Shown in pieces: positions 1 to 9,699 of a stretch of DNA of 64,000 nt (positions are counted from its first letter, which is position 1; the number at the start of each line of letters is the position of its first letter). The position numbers and the translations under genes are program-made. Source of the stretch: Candidatus Omnitrophota bacterium. Its GTDB lineage: Bacteria; Omnitrophota; Gorgyraeia; Gygaellales; Profunditerraquicolaceae. Location of the stretch: positions 228 through 64,227 of the forward strand of contig JAQUOD010000009.1 of the NCBI GenBank assembly GCA_028717245.1, written 5' to 3'. The notes beneath the pieces were generated by a model. The model did not search any database. It worked only from the letters and a program-made list of their open reading frames with translations, and was not told where the DNA came from.

Positions 1-225
1 GCTGTGGTAAACAATAACCGGAAAAAAGAAAGGGAGGTAGCTGCCGTGGATAACGAAAATCAGGGTTGTATAGTTGAACGCGGGGAATATAAAGGTAAAC
101 CGCTGCTTATTTTAAAGAGGAGCGAAGAGGATAAATATCCGTTTTCCTTTGGCATAAGTAAAGCCAAACTTATCCTGGATAATCTGGATGAAATAAGGAA
201 ATTTGTCCAGGAGAACGGCGGGTGA
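1..225 (+). CDS. hypothetical small protein (possibly 5'-truncated by window edge)
   Basis: ORF open from position 1; no recognisable motif. Confidence 0.3.
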   Translation, partial: AVVNNNRKKEREVAAVDNENQGCIVERGEYKGKPLLILKRSEEDKYPFSFGISKAKLILDNLDEIRKFVQENGG

Positions 226-232
226 TAGAGAT

Positions 233-889
233 ATGAATATCTTTGTAGGGAATCTGGCCTTTGAGGCAAAAGAGGCGGATGTGTATAAACTCTTTATGGG
301 TTTCGGAAGAGTGGCTTCTGTATCCATCGTAATGGATAAGAAGGGAAAAAATTCCCGCGGGTTTGCTTTTTTGGAGATGCCCGAGGAAGAAGAAGCGCAG
401 GCTGCCATAACTGCTTTAAATAAAAAAGTATTTATGGCCAGGCCCATTAATGTTGAACCAGCGCGTTCTAAAATAGAGGCAGGTAGGGATAGCAGAAATA
501 TAGATAGCGGGAGTAAAAACCAGGCAGCTTTGGGGTTTAATCCGGGTTTAAAAAGAACCGGCAGATATAAGCAAGGCAGGCGTACGCTTAGCTTTTTGAA
601 AAAGCGTGCTCAAGCCGGAATTGAAGGGCCGGTAGTGTCTCCTAAGAAACACCTTGATAATCCCATGCGTTGGCGTAAAAAACGAGAGCAACTAAAGGCT
701 TGGCAAAGAAAGCAGGAAGAATCTAAGCCTTGGCAAAAAAGCCAGGGAGGGCCTAAGCCTTGGAGAAAAACCGAGGGAGAGCCCAGGCATAAAAGCCAGG
801 GAGAGGCTAAGCCCTGGCGGAAAATCAAAAAAAATCAGGCGAGCACGGGATCAAAGAGGTTTAAGGGGCCTGCACATGAAAAGAAATAA
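233..889 (+). CDS. RRM-type RNA-binding protein with C-terminal K/R/W-rich 'KPW(Q/R)K' repeat tail
   Basis: RNP-1 motif RGFAFLEM and RNP-2 IFVGNL at N-terminus; start moved to ATG 233 (MNIFVGNL). Confidence 0.7.
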   Translation: MNIFVGNLAFEAKEADVYKLFMGFGRVASVSIVMDKKGKNSRGFAFLEMPEEEEAQAAITALNKKVFMARPINVEPARSKIEAGRDSRNIDSGSKNQAALGFNPGLKRTGRYKQGRRTLSFLKKRAQAGIEGPVVSPKKHLDNPMRWRKKREQLKAWQRKQEESKPWQKSQGGPKPWRKTEGEPRHKSQGEAKPWRKIKKNQASTGSKRFKGPAHEKK

Positions 890-1244
890 GAAGGTTGAAT
901 GCCGCGCCTGTAAGAACCAAGAGAAGTGTTGCCGGCTGGGGGCATGGGTAGATTTGGGAGAGGCAAAGAAGATACTGGCGCTGGGGATAAAGGGCGGAGA
1001 TTTTTTTCATCTGGAGAAAGATGATGATTATCCTTCCGGCTACAGGGTCGGCACGAGCGTAGAGGATGAACCGTGTTCTTTTATCACTCGCGACGGCCTC
1101 TGCGCTATCCATAAGATTGATTACAACCTCAAGCCCGCTCATTGCAGGGAGTTCCCCTACGAAAAAGGCAGGCTATCCAGCATTGCCAAGTATCTGTGCG
1201 TTGTGGTAAGGGCAAGGCGTAAAAAAAGTAAGGAGGGTAAATGA
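876..1244 (+). CDS. YkgJ/UPF0153-family putative zinc/iron-chelating cysteine-cluster protein
   Basis: CxxCxxxxxCC motif (CRACKNQEKCC) plus downstream Cys/His; family assignment from memory of motif. Confidence 0.4.
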   Translation: MKRNKKVECRACKNQEKCCRLGAWVDLGEAKKILALGIKGGDFFHLEKDDDYPSGYRVGTSVEDEPCSFITRDGLCAIHKIDYNLKPAHCREFPYEKGRLSSIAKYLCVVVRARRKKSKEGK

Positions 1245-1669
1245 AGAATAGAATAAAACCAGCTCTCTTAATTTATCTTATATTCCTTTCTATCATATTT
1301 ATTTTTACTCCCTATTCTTATAGCCGTATGCCTATGGGCAGGAATTCCGAATTTATTGCCGCAGTAACGCTGCTTTATCCTACTACTGATAATGTTGTTT
1401 TGACGGGAAAAGATTACCTGGAATTCAGGTGGGAGAGGATCAATACGGCGAACATAGACCATTACGATTTTCGCTTGTATAAAGGATACAATACTACCGC
1501 AGAGGGCCTGATTCTAAAACAAAAATTTCCCTCGAATACCTACCCGGTTAAAATCCCCGTTTCGCAATTTGAAGAGGGCCAGGCATACAGCTGGTCTTTG
1601 ATGCAGGTGCTTTACGGGGGAGCAAAGAGCGACCGCAGCTTCGCTTCTTTTAAAATAATAAAAAAATGA
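1241..1669 (+). CDS. hypothetical secreted/membrane-anchored protein
   Basis: N-terminal hydrophobic segment LLIYLIFLSIIFIF; 4-nt overlap with upstream ORF. Confidence 0.4.
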   Translation: MKNRIKPALLIYLIFLSIIFIFTPYSYSRMPMGRNSEFIAAVTLLYPTTDNVVLTGKDYLEFRWERINTANIDHYDFRLYKGYNTTAEGLILKQKFPSNTYPVKIPVSQFEEGQAYSWSLMQVLYGGAKSDRSFASFKIIKK

Positions 1670-1706
1670 CGGGCGCAGGAGCCATTATTATAAAAGAGGA
1701 TGGTAT

Positions 1707-2177
1707 ATGGACGAAGTATATCTGACCAGAAGCGGTTATGAAAAATTAATGGCAGAACTGGAATTTTTAAAAGGGGAAAAACGCAGGCAGCTCAGTAAAG
1801 CTATAGGAGAGGCCAGGGCGCACGGCGATATCAGCGAGAACGCCGAATACGACGCGGCAAAAGAAGCGCAGGGAATGAACGAAAAGCAGATCGCGGAGTT
1901 GGAATATAAATTGGCAAACGCCCGGATTATTGATGATGAGAATATGCCTAAAGATGAGGTTCTCATAGGAGCAAAAGTCACGCTTAAGGACATGGATTCG
2001 GAGAAAACCTTAGAATACACCCTGGTTTCAGAGGTGGAGGCAGATTACGCCGAGGGGAAAATCTCCGTTACCTCTCCCATAGGAGCAGCTTTATTAGGCC
2101 ATAGGAAAAAAGAGATAGTAAAGGTTGATGTCCCGGCGGGGGCTTTAAGATACGAAATATTAGAAATATCGCGATAG
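1707..2177 (+). CDS. greA: transcription elongation factor GreA
   Basis: N-terminal coiled-coil with conserved DISENAEY acidic tip, C-terminal FKBP-like domain, 156 aa. Confidence 0.9.
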   Translation: MDEVYLTRSGYEKLMAELEFLKGEKRRQLSKAIGEARAHGDISENAEYDAAKEAQGMNEKQIAELEYKLANARIIDDENMPKDEVLIGAKVTLKDMDSEKTLEYTLVSEVEADYAEGKISVTSPIGAALLGHRKKEIVKVDVPAGALRYEILEISR

Positions 2178-2197
2178 CCGCACCAGGAGATAAAGAG

Positions 2198-2554
2198 ATG
2201 AAAAGGTTCCTGTTGTATTTGTTCAGGTGGCAGTTGAGCACGCCGATATTATGGCTGGTGGTCAGGCGCTTAGGGGCAGGCCTGTGGTCCACGGTCTTAG
2301 CCAATCTTATCGGAGGAGCGATATTTTTCTGGGTGGACAGGTTTATCTTTACCTCAAAGGCCCTGGAGGTCTGGCATATAAAAGAAGGCAGGTGCGATAA
2401 ATGCGGGGCTACGTCGCATCTGTGGAGGCTGGTGAAGGCCGCAGGTTATGATAAAAGCGATGCCCGCCCGGTTTTTCTTTGTATGAAGTGTTCCAAGGAG
2501 AAGACCGATGAGTTAAGGGCCATGGGTATACCGGTAAGAGGCAGAAGCAAATAG
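2198..2554 (+). CDS. hypothetical membrane protein (GtrA-like TM segments) with C-terminal CxxC...CxxC zinc ribbon
   Basis: two TM helices then CDKCG...CMKC. Confidence 0.35.
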   Translation: MKRFLLYLFRWQLSTPILWLVVRRLGAGLWSTVLANLIGGAIFFWVDRFIFTSKALEVWHIKEGRCDKCGATSHLWRLVKAAGYDKSDARPVFLCMKCSKEKTDELRAMGIPVRGRSK

Positions 2555-2588
2555 GGGCGGGCTATTGAAGCACGCAAAAGGAGTGAAG

Positions 2589-3137
2589 ATGATAAAGAGG
2601 ATTTTAGGAATTATATTTTTTATCTTTTTTATGAACAATATTGCGCAAGGAGCCTCGGATATGGAGAATAAAATTATGGTACTGGAAACAAACCAGGGGA
2701 TAATCGAAATCAAGCTGATGCCGCAGGCAGCGCCAAAGGCCTGCGAAAATTTTACCAAGTTGGCGCAGGAAGGTTATTATGATGGCCTGATTTTTCACCG
2801 GGTCATAAAAAACTTTATGATTCAGGGGGGAGACCCCACGGGGACAGGCTCAGGCGGGGAATCCGTCTGGCGCGCCCCTTTTAAAGATGAAGTAAGCACA
2901 GATGTCAAATTTGACCGGCCCGGCATACTGGCCATGGCGAACGCCGGCCCGAATACCAACGGGAGCCAGTTTTTTATTACCACAGCGGCGACCCCCTGGT
3001 TAAATATGCATCATACGATTTTCGGCGAAGTCATCTCGGGTTTTGACGTGGTGCAGAAGATTGAAAACGCGCCCACCGGAGCCAACGACCGGCCGCAGTC
3101 AGAACAAAAAATCATCAAGGCGTATTTGAAAAAGTAA
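2589..3137 (+). CDS. cyclophilin-type peptidyl-prolyl cis-trans isomerase (secreted)
   Basis: HRVIKNFMIQGGDP and GILAMANAGPNTNGSQFFIT motifs; signal peptide; SD AAGGAG 6 nt before ATG 2589. Confidence 0.85.
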   Translation: MIKRILGIIFFIFFMNNIAQGASDMENKIMVLETNQGIIEIKLMPQAAPKACENFTKLAQEGYYDGLIFHRVIKNFMIQGGDPTGTGSGGESVWRAPFKDEVSTDVKFDRPGILAMANAGPNTNGSQFFITTAATPWLNMHHTIFGEVISGFDVVQKIENAPTGANDRPQSEQKIIKAYLKK

Positions 3138-3154
3138 TAGTATGATAAAGGATA

Positions 3155-3315
3155 TTAGCGGGTGGCTTGGGTGTTTTCGAACAGCATCTTGAAGATGCGA
3201 GCGGCCAGGGTTCACCCGCTAATACGAAGTTAGTGAGAGCGAGCAGAAACTTCAAGCGATCCGCCGTAGGCGGAGAGCGGTGCTGGGAGAAAATACCCAA
3301 GACAGGACCCGCTAA
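3155..3315 (+). repeat. palindromic repeated element, family A copy 1 (TTAGCGGGTGG...GACAGGACCCGCTAA)
   Basis: near-identical to the reverse-strand copy at 19455-19690 and shares termini with 19741-19910, 21680-21750 and 30283-30427. Confidence 0.8.
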
Positions 3316-3386
3316 TAGTTTAATCTATATCCCGAGTTGGTTTTACTTGGGATTTTTATTTTAAGGCAGTATAATTTTTTTAAAAT

Positions 3387-4355
3387 ATGTTAAAAATCGG
3401 CACCTTAAAACTCAATTCCAACCTTATCCTTGCGCCTATGGCGGGAATAAGCGATCTGCCTTTTCGCATGCTCAACCGTAAATTCGGCTGCGAGCTGGCT
3501 TTTGTAGAGATGATTAATTCCCGTTCGGTCAGCTACAAAAGCAAACGCACGCAAAAGATGCTCTCCTCAAATAAAGACGACCAGCCTCTGGGGGTGCAGC
3601 TTCTGGGTTGTGAAATAAAATTTGTGCAAAAGGCCATAGATGTGCTCAATAAATACAAATTTGACCTTTTAGATTTTAACGCTGCCTGTCCGGCAAAAAA
3701 GGTTATCCGCCGCGGCGAAGGTTCAGGCTTGCTGAAAAACCCCAAGAAATTAAGTGAGATTTTAAAGATCCTGGTGAAGAAAGCCAGGGTTCCTGTGACC
3801 GTAAAGATCCGTTCTGGCTGGGATAAGGATTGCGTAAATGCCAAAGAAGTCGCTTCCTATTGCCAGGATGCCGGGGTATCCGCGCTTTTTATCCACGGCA
3901 GGACCATGACACAGGGTTATAGCAGCGTAGTGGATTATTGCGCCATCGGGGAAGTCAAAAAGACATTAAAGATTCCTGTGATTGCCAGCGGCAATATCCT
4001 TAGCCCCCAGCTGGCCAGGAAGATGTTTGAGGAGACAGGTTGTGACGCTATCATTATTGCCAGGGGCGCTTTGGGTAATCCCTGGATATTTAAAGAGATA
4101 AACGAATTCCTGAAAAACGGAAAAATTATTGCCAGGCCTCCTGTAGAAAAGATTGTTCAGGTGATGCTTGAGCATCTGGTTGCGGTGATTGATTTTTACG
4201 GAGAGAGGAATGGCGTAGTTATTTTCCGTAAATTCTTCAGCTGGTATACCCGGGGATTCCGTAAGATCAGGCCTTTAAGAGAACTCATCAGCCGGACAAA
4301 GACGAGGCAAGAGATGCAGGAAGCTATCCAGAAATGCGTTGGCCTACAGCCATAA
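3387..4355 (+). CDS. dusB: tRNA-dihydrouridine synthase (DusB-like)
   Basis: APMAGISDLPFR N-terminus, TIM-barrel Dus motifs, 322 aa. Confidence 0.85.
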   Translation: MLKIGTLKLNSNLILAPMAGISDLPFRMLNRKFGCELAFVEMINSRSVSYKSKRTQKMLSSNKDDQPLGVQLLGCEIKFVQKAIDVLNKYKFDLLDFNAACPAKKVIRRGEGSGLLKNPKKLSEILKILVKKARVPVTVKIRSGWDKDCVNAKEVASYCQDAGVSALFIHGRTMTQGYSSVVDYCAIGEVKKTLKIPVIASGNILSPQLARKMFEETGCDAIIIARGALGNPWIFKEINEFLKNGKIIARPPVEKIVQVMLEHLVAVIDFYGERNGVVIFRKFFSWYTRGFRKIRPLRELISRTKTRQEMQEAIQKCVGLQP

Positions 4356-4364
4356 ACAAAAAAA

Positions 4365-4390
4365 CCCCCGAAATCCCGGGGGTAATTTTG
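4365..4390 (+). terminator. putative intrinsic terminator hairpin CCCCCG-loop-CGGGGG followed by T-rich run
   Basis: seen directly after dusB stop. Confidence 0.4.
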
Positions 4391-4543
4391 TAGGTGATAG
4401 GCCTATGTTAGCTTAGCGCTATCCTCGCCCACCTCCTGTTACAAGTAAAGAGTAAACGCTTATATTAAAATATGTAATATATTTTAGTAAAAATCAAGGC
4501 TAAATCAACACTTTTGAGAAAGCGTTTCCTCATAAATTCACCC

Positions 4544-4572
4544 TTGATTTATGGCTTCCCATGAGGTAAAAT
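4544..4572 (+). promoter_or_regulatory. candidate sigma70 promoter TTGATT-17-TAAAAT
   Basis: spacing 17 nt, in AT-rich 260-bp gap upstream of 4621 CDS. Confidence 0.35.
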
Positions 4573-4620
4573 AGCTTATATATGGCATGTTTTTTAAGTT
4601 ATGGCGAAAAGGAGGCAATA

Positions 4621-4959
4621 ATGCCTGAAAAAGATTTAGGTAAGACCTCAATCGGGATGAATGCGAACATTGCTGCGGTTTTAAGCTATCTATTAGGGTT
4701 TGCCAGCGGGATTATTTTTTATCTCCTGGAAAAAGAGAATAAGTTTGTGCGTTTCCATGCTATGCAATCTATAGTCACCTTTGGGTTCTTATGGGTGCTG
4801 AGCTTTGTGATTATGGTTGTGCCTTCCTTGGGCTGGGTCATTGCGCGGTTTATTTATCTGATAGAGGTCATCCTTTGGGTTATCCTTATGTTCAAGGCCT
4901 ATCAGGGCGAATATTTCAAGCTACCTGTTGCTGGAGATATAGCTGAAAAAAATTCTTAA
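4621..4959 (+). CDS. DUF4870-like small integral membrane protein
   Basis: FVRFHAMQS motif between TM helices; GGAGG SD before ATG 4621. Confidence 0.5.
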   Translation: MPEKDLGKTSIGMNANIAAVLSYLLGFASGIIFYLLEKENKFVRFHAMQSIVTFGFLWVLSFVIMVVPSLGWVIARFIYLIEVILWVILMFKAYQGEYFKLPVAGDIAEKNS

Positions 4960-4970
4960 AGGAGACTACT

Positions 4971-5291
4971 GTGGATTTTAAAGAGGCAAGAAAAGAAATC
5001 AATAGCATTAATTTTGATACGCTGCGTACGGATGATAAGGATTATCTCGAGGCCGTGCTGGTCAAGGAAGAGATAGATAAACTGAAAGAAAGGCTGAAGA
5101 AGATCTTTGGCGACCCCCAGGCTGAAATATCCCCTAAGATGGAGGATACCGTAAAAGGTTTCGGCGGAATCATGCGCGGCCAGACCCTGTATTTCTGGAA
5201 TGAGGGGCAGAGCGCATTATTTGCCATGCTCTGGCCCTGGCAGGACGGTTCTCACACCACGCTAAAGATGGGAAGAAAGAAAATAGCTTAA
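4971..5291 (+). CDS. hypothetical protein
   Basis: ORF only; GTG start. Confidence 0.3.
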   Translation: MDFKEARKEINSINFDTLRTDDKDYLEAVLVKEEIDKLKERLKKIFGDPQAEISPKMEDTVKGFGGIMRGQTLYFWNEGQSALFAMLWPWQDGSHTTLKMGRKKIA

Positions 5292-5317
5292 AGACCCCGC
5301 CCCTTCAAAATTAAAAG

Positions 5318-5794
5318 ATGAGGAAAATAGAATTTTTATCACTAATATTCATTCCCCTGTTTTTATTTACCGTAGCAAACCAGGTAGAGACTTTCTTCAG
5401 GGCAGAGGTAGATAAGACCAGCTTAACTACGGACGAAGCCCTTACCTATAAATTGGCGGTTACTTCTTCGGCCAAGATAATCCCGCAGCCTAAATTACCT
5501 GCTTTTGAAGGGTTCTCTGTTTTATCTAATGCCCAGACTTCCCAAGTCTCTATTTCACAGGGAATACAGAAAATAACAGCAAACTACGTGTTTGTTTTAG
5601 TGCCTGCCGATACAGGTAAATTCAAGATCGGGCCGAGCGAAATTGAAATAGAAGGCAAAAGATATTCCAGCGATGCCTTTGAAATAGAGGTAAAACAGGG
5701 TAAGGCCAGGACCAAGGGCGAGAAGCCCGGATTAAAATCACCCCTTCCTCAGAAATCCCAGCCAGAAACAGATAGCCCGCAGTTTACTATTTAA
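5318..5794 (+). CDS. hypothetical secreted protein (BatD-like N-terminal domain?)
   Basis: signal peptide; weak resemblance only. Confidence 0.3.
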   Translation: MRKIEFLSLIFIPLFLFTVANQVETFFRAEVDKTSLTTDEALTYKLAVTSSAKIIPQPKLPAFEGFSVLSNAQTSQVSISQGIQKITANYVFVLVPADTGKFKIGPSEIEIEGKRYSSDAFEIEVKQGKARTKGEKPGLKSPLPQKSQPETDSPQFTI

Positions 5795-5797
5795 TCC

Positions 5798-7888
5798 GTG
5801 ATGGAGAAAGCCCTCAATGCATCCATTCAATACCTAAAAGGCATAGGCCCCAAGAGGGCTAAGGTATTTAGTGGGGCCGGGATAAATACCATAGAGGACC
5901 TCCTGTATTATTTCCCCAGGCGTTATGAAGACCGCACCAACTTTATCAGTATTTCCAAGTTACAGGAAGGCTCTACCTACACCATAAAAGCCGAGGTCTT
6001 GGCCAAAGGAGAACGCCATTCTTATAGGCGCAGGGGATTTGGTATTACTGAAGTAGCTGTAGGGGATGCTACCGGAAAGATATTCTGCGTCTGGTTTAAC
6101 CGGCCATATCTGAATGAATATTTTAAGGTAGGCCAGACCCTGGTTTTATACGGTAAGATAGAAAAATATGACGCTAGGCTGCAGATGAATTCTCCGGAGT
6201 TTGAGATTGTCTCCGCAGGGCCTGACAAATCTTTGAACATAGGCAGGATTGTCCCTATTTATTCTTTACCGCAAAGACTGACCCAGCGCAGTTTGCGGCA
6301 GCTGATAAAATATGCGTTGGATGAATACCTGCCTAAGATTAATGATACCCTGCCTTATGATATCCGCTCCCGCAATAACCTGCTTAATTTAGCTAAGGCC
6401 CTGCTCAATATTCATTTTCCCGAAAGCCCAGAGATGCAGAAGGAGGCTTACAACCGGCTCTCTTTTGAGGAATTCTTTCTTTTCCAACTGCCCCTGGCCT
6501 TAAGAAAATTAAAAAAGAAAGAAAAACCCGGTATTGCCCATCAAGTAGACGGTGAACCGGCCCGGATTTTTATGGAAAATCTCCCCTTTAGTCTGACTTC
6601 CAGCCAGCAGAGGGTGGTTGCCGAGATTAAATACGATATGGCCCGGCCAACTGCTATGCAGCGGCTACTGCAAGGCGATGTGGGTTCAGGTAAAACCGTG
6701 GTAGCTACTATTGCGAGCTTGATGGCCATTCAGGGAGGATACCAGGTGGCCTTTATGGTGCCCACGGAAATTTTAGCCAGACAGCATTATGAAAAAATCA
6801 GGTGTCAGGTGTCAGGTGTCAGGTGTCAGGAAAAAGAAATAAGAATCGGGCTGCTTACCAGCAGCCTGGAGAATAAAGAAAAGGTTTATAAAGAGATAAA
6901 AGAAGGGGATATAGATTTAGTAATCGGCACGCATGCTTTGATAGAAGAGGCGGTAAAATTTAAAAAATTAGGCTTAATCGTGATTGATGAACAACATAAG
7001 TTTGGCGTGGGCCAAAGGGCATTATTACCGGCAAAAGGGCCTAATGCCGATATTTTGATTATGACTGCCACGCCTATTCCGCGCACCCTGGCAATTACTC
7101 TATATGGGGACCTGGATATTTCAGTCATTAACGAAATGCCTAGCGGCCGCGGCTCAATCAAGACGCTGCTTTTCACCCAAGAGGAACAAGCGCAAGCCTA
7201 TCATATTGCCCGGGAGCAGATAAAACAGGGTAACCAGGCCTACATTGTTTATCCGGTGATTGAGGAATCTTATTCTCTGGATATAGCCGGCGCCAAGAAG
7301 ATGTATGAAGAATTTAAGAAAAGCGAATTCAAGGATTTCAGGTTAGGGCTCATCCATGGCAGGTTAAAACAGGCAGAGCAGAACGCGGTAATGTCTAAGT
7401 TTAAGAATAAGGAGTTGGATATCCTGGTTTCTACTACGGTGTTGGAGGTGGGCATTGATATACCTGCGGCAACCTGCATGATTGTCCAGCATGCCCAGCG
7501 TTTTGGCCTGAGCCAGTTGCATCAGCTGCGCGGGCGCATAGGCCGGGGCCCCCGCGAATCATTTTGTATACTCATTTCTAACACGGATACGCCGCAGGCT
7601 AAGGCGCGGCTGGATGCCATGGTGAAATATAATGACGGATTCCGTATTGCTGAAGAAGATTTGAAGATCAGGGGCCCGGGTGAATTCTTCGGCAGGCGGC
7701 AGCACGGATTAAGCGAATTAAAGATCGCTAATCCTCTATCACAGATGCAATTACTGAAAAAGGCCAGAGAAGAGGCGATAAGACTGGTTTCTCTTGATCC
7801 CAAGTTAGGCCTGCGGCCGAATATTCCTTTACGGGAAAAACTCTTGCAAAGGTTCCCGGAATATGAGAAGTTGATGGTTGTAGGGTAG
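5798..7888 (+). CDS. recG: ATP-dependent DNA helicase RecG
   Basis: wedge domain, Walker A GDVGSGKT, DEQH box, helicase C motifs, 696 aa. Confidence 0.9.
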   Translation: MMEKALNASIQYLKGIGPKRAKVFSGAGINTIEDLLYYFPRRYEDRTNFISISKLQEGSTYTIKAEVLAKGERHSYRRRGFGITEVAVGDATGKIFCVWFNRPYLNEYFKVGQTLVLYGKIEKYDARLQMNSPEFEIVSAGPDKSLNIGRIVPIYSLPQRLTQRSLRQLIKYALDEYLPKINDTLPYDIRSRNNLLNLAKALLNIHFPESPEMQKEAYNRLSFEEFFLFQLPLALRKLKKKEKPGIAHQVDGEPARIFMENLPFSLTSSQQRVVAEIKYDMARPTAMQRLLQGDVGSGKTVVATIASLMAIQGGYQVAFMVPTEILARQHYEKIRCQVSGVRCQEKEIRIGLLTSSLENKEKVYKEIKEGDIDLVIGTHALIEEAVKFKKLGLIVIDEQHKFGVGQRALLPAKGPNADILIMTATPIPRTLAITLYGDLDISVINEMPSGRGSIKTLLFTQEEQAQAYHIAREQIKQGNQAYIVYPVIEESYSLDIAGAKKMYEEFKKSEFKDFRLGLIHGRLKQAEQNAVMSKFKNKELDILVSTTVLEVGIDIPAATCMIVQHAQRFGLSQLHQLRGRIGRGPRESFCILISNTDTPQAKARLDAMVKYNDGFRIAEEDLKIRGPGEFFGRRQHGLSELKIANPLSQMQLLKKAREEAIRLVSLDPKLGLRPNIPLREKLLQRFPEYEKLMVVG
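6789..6820 (+). repeat. in-frame heptamer tandem repeat (CAGGTGT)x4 inside recG
   Basis: encodes RCQVSGVRCQ between helicase motifs. Confidence 0.9.
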
Positions 7889-7893
7889 TTTGA

Positions 7894-8478
7894 ATGTTTG
7901 AAAGTTTGAATGTTAAAAAAAGGGTGGGGAGCTTGCGTATAACTACAGGACAATATAAAGGCAGGGTAATCCGGATGCCCAAAGGTATCCGGCCGACGCA
8001 GGATAAGGTGCGTAAGGCTATCTTTGATATTTTAGGCGATATAGAGGGCTTATCATTCTTGGAGTTGTTCGCTGGCTCAGGGGCAGTCGGTTTTGAGGCT
8101 GCATCGCGGGGCGTTAAAGATTTAATCCTGGTAGAATACAACCAGGATTGCCGTCTGGCCATCAATAAGAACATAGAGTCCCTGAAGCTAAGGGCCTGTA
8201 CCTTATACCCCAAAGAGGTAGAGGTTGCTATCAAGCAGTTCCACCGGGATGGCAGGAATTTCGATATTATCTTCCTCGATCCGCCCTATTATCAGGGCCT
8301 TTCAAAAAAAACCTTGCAAACCCTATCTCTTTATGATATATTAGCGCCCGTTGGTTTAATAGTAGTGCAGCATTTTAAAAAAGACATTCTCCCGGATACG
8401 CAGGGAGAATTAACTTTATTTAAGCAATCAACTTACGGCGACACGCTATTGTCGTTTTACAGAAAAAGGGAGAGTTAA
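7894..8478 (+). CDS. rsmD: 16S rRNA (guanine966-N2)-methyltransferase RsmD
   Basis: RITTGQYKGR...IRPT N-terminus and DPPY motif. Confidence 0.8.
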   Translation: MFESLNVKKRVGSLRITTGQYKGRVIRMPKGIRPTQDKVRKAIFDILGDIEGLSFLELFAGSGAVGFEAASRGVKDLILVEYNQDCRLAINKNIESLKLRACTLYPKEVEVAIKQFHRDGRNFDIIFLDPPYYQGLSKKTLQTLSLYDILAPVGLIVVQHFKKDILPDTQGELTLFKQSTYGDTLLSFYRKRES

Positions 8479-8479
8479 G

Positions 8480-8965
8480 GTGTGCCAGAAAGCGATTTAC
8501 CCGGGCAGTTTTGACCCGGTTACCTACGGCCATATTGACCTGATCAAGCGGGCGCAGGAGATATTCTCGGAAGTTATCGTAGCCGTGGCACACAACCCCC
8601 ATAAAAAGCCGCTCTTTAGCGTGAAAGAAAGAATAGATATGCTTAAAGAGGCAACTAAGGGCCTGAAAAATATCGTCATTGACGATTTTGACGGTTTAGT
8701 GGTGGATTATGCGGCCAAGCATAAAGCGCGCGTGTTAATCCGCGGGTTGCGTATGATTTCTGACTTTGAATACGAATTCCAGATGGCCTTGACCAACAGA
8801 AAGCTTAATCCTCATATAGAGACCATCTTTTTGATGCCCCATGAGTCCTACAGTTACCTTTCCTCAAAACTTTTAAAGGAGGCATCCTCTTTGGGCGCAG
8901 ACTTATCCTCTTTTGTCCCGGATTTCATAGAGAAGGCCCTGAAAGAGAAGCTGCGTAAGGTTTAG
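8480..8965 (+). CDS. coaD: phosphopantetheine adenylyltransferase
   Basis: AIYPGSFDPVTYGHIDLI (H/TxGH) motif, 161 aa. Confidence 0.9.
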   Translation: MCQKAIYPGSFDPVTYGHIDLIKRAQEIFSEVIVAVAHNPHKKPLFSVKERIDMLKEATKGLKNIVIDDFDGLVVDYAAKHKARVLIRGLRMISDFEYEFQMALTNRKLNPHIETIFLMPHESYSYLSSKLLKEASSLGADLSSFVPDFIEKALKEKLRKV

Positions 8966-9372
8966 TGAAGATAGATATAAATAAAATACCTCTAGAGGGA
9001 CTAATCATAGAGGAAGAAGTTAGCCCCGCGAAGTTAGATCTGGATACAGACAGCATCAAGTTTCAAAGGCCCATAAAGGTCAGGGCAGATATCTCCAAGA
9101 TTACTAACGCTGTTACTGCCCGGTTGAGTTTAGAGGGCACAATGCATTTAATCTGCGGCCGTTGCCTGAGCGAATTTGAAATTGAACTAAAGAAAGATTT
9201 CGAGTTAGGTTATCAGGCGGATAAGTTTAAGCCTCTGATTGACCTGGACCAGGATATAAAAGAGGAGATAATTTTAGATTACCCGCTAAAGCCTTTATGC
9301 AGGCCGGATTGCAAGGGGCTCTGTCCTAAATGCGGCAAGGATCTTAATGAAGGAGCATGCAATTGTCGATAG
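8965..9372 (+). CDS. yceD: YceD/DUF177 family protein (large ribosomal subunit accumulation)
   Basis: C-terminal CxxxC...CPKCGxxLN...C motif; conserved position directly upstream of rpmF-plsX. Confidence 0.7.
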   Translation: MKIDINKIPLEGLIIEEEVSPAKLDLDTDSIKFQRPIKVRADISKITNAVTARLSLEGTMHLICGRCLSEFEIELKKDFELGYQADKFKPLIDLDQDIKEEIILDYPLKPLCRPDCKGLCPKCGKDLNEGACNCR

Positions 9373-9407
9373 TTTAAATAATGTTTTGGTAACTAACGGA
9401 GGAAAAA

Positions 9408-9611
9408 GTGCCATTACCTAAGAAAAGACATTCTAAGGCGCGCGGTAGGAAGCGCCGTACGCACTGGAAAATAAGCCAGGCTGATCTTATGCTCTGCCCG
9501 CAATGTAAACAGCCAAAACTTTCGCATAGGGTTTGCGGCGTGTGCGGCTATTATGGCGGCAAGCAAGTCATTGAGATAAAGGTAAAAGAGAAGAAAAAGA
9601 AAAAACAATAA
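9408..9611 (+). CDS. rpmF: 50S ribosomal protein L32
   Basis: PKKRHSKARGRKRR N-terminus, CxxC...CxxC; GGAGG SD; GTG start. Confidence 0.9.
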   Translation: MPLPKKRHSKARGRKRRTHWKISQADLMLCPQCKQPKLSHRVCGVCGYYGGKQVIEIKVKEKKKKKQ

Positions 9612-9616
9612 AAAAT

Positions 9617-9696
9617 CGTTATAGCGTTATAGGGTTATAGCGTTATAGCGTTTGTCAACGCAAGTAACCCAATAACGCAAGTAACGCAATAACGAA
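9617..9696. repeat. inverted arrays of ~8-nt tandem repeats (CGTTATAG x4 / GCAAGTAAC-CAATAACG)
   Basis: intergenic between rpmF and plsX. Confidence 0.85.
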
Positions 9697-9699
9697 AAT

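Noticed and set aside
3115-3364. ORFs 3115-3300 (-) and 3167-3364 (+)
   Set aside because: They lie entirely within family A repeat copy 1 and have no RBS. They are more likely non-coding structured sequence.
4425-4445. CCACCTCCTGTTA resembling a 16S rRNA 3' end (anti-SD)
   Set aside because: It is too short and has no flanking rRNA-like sequence. It is a coincidental match in an AT-rich promoter region.
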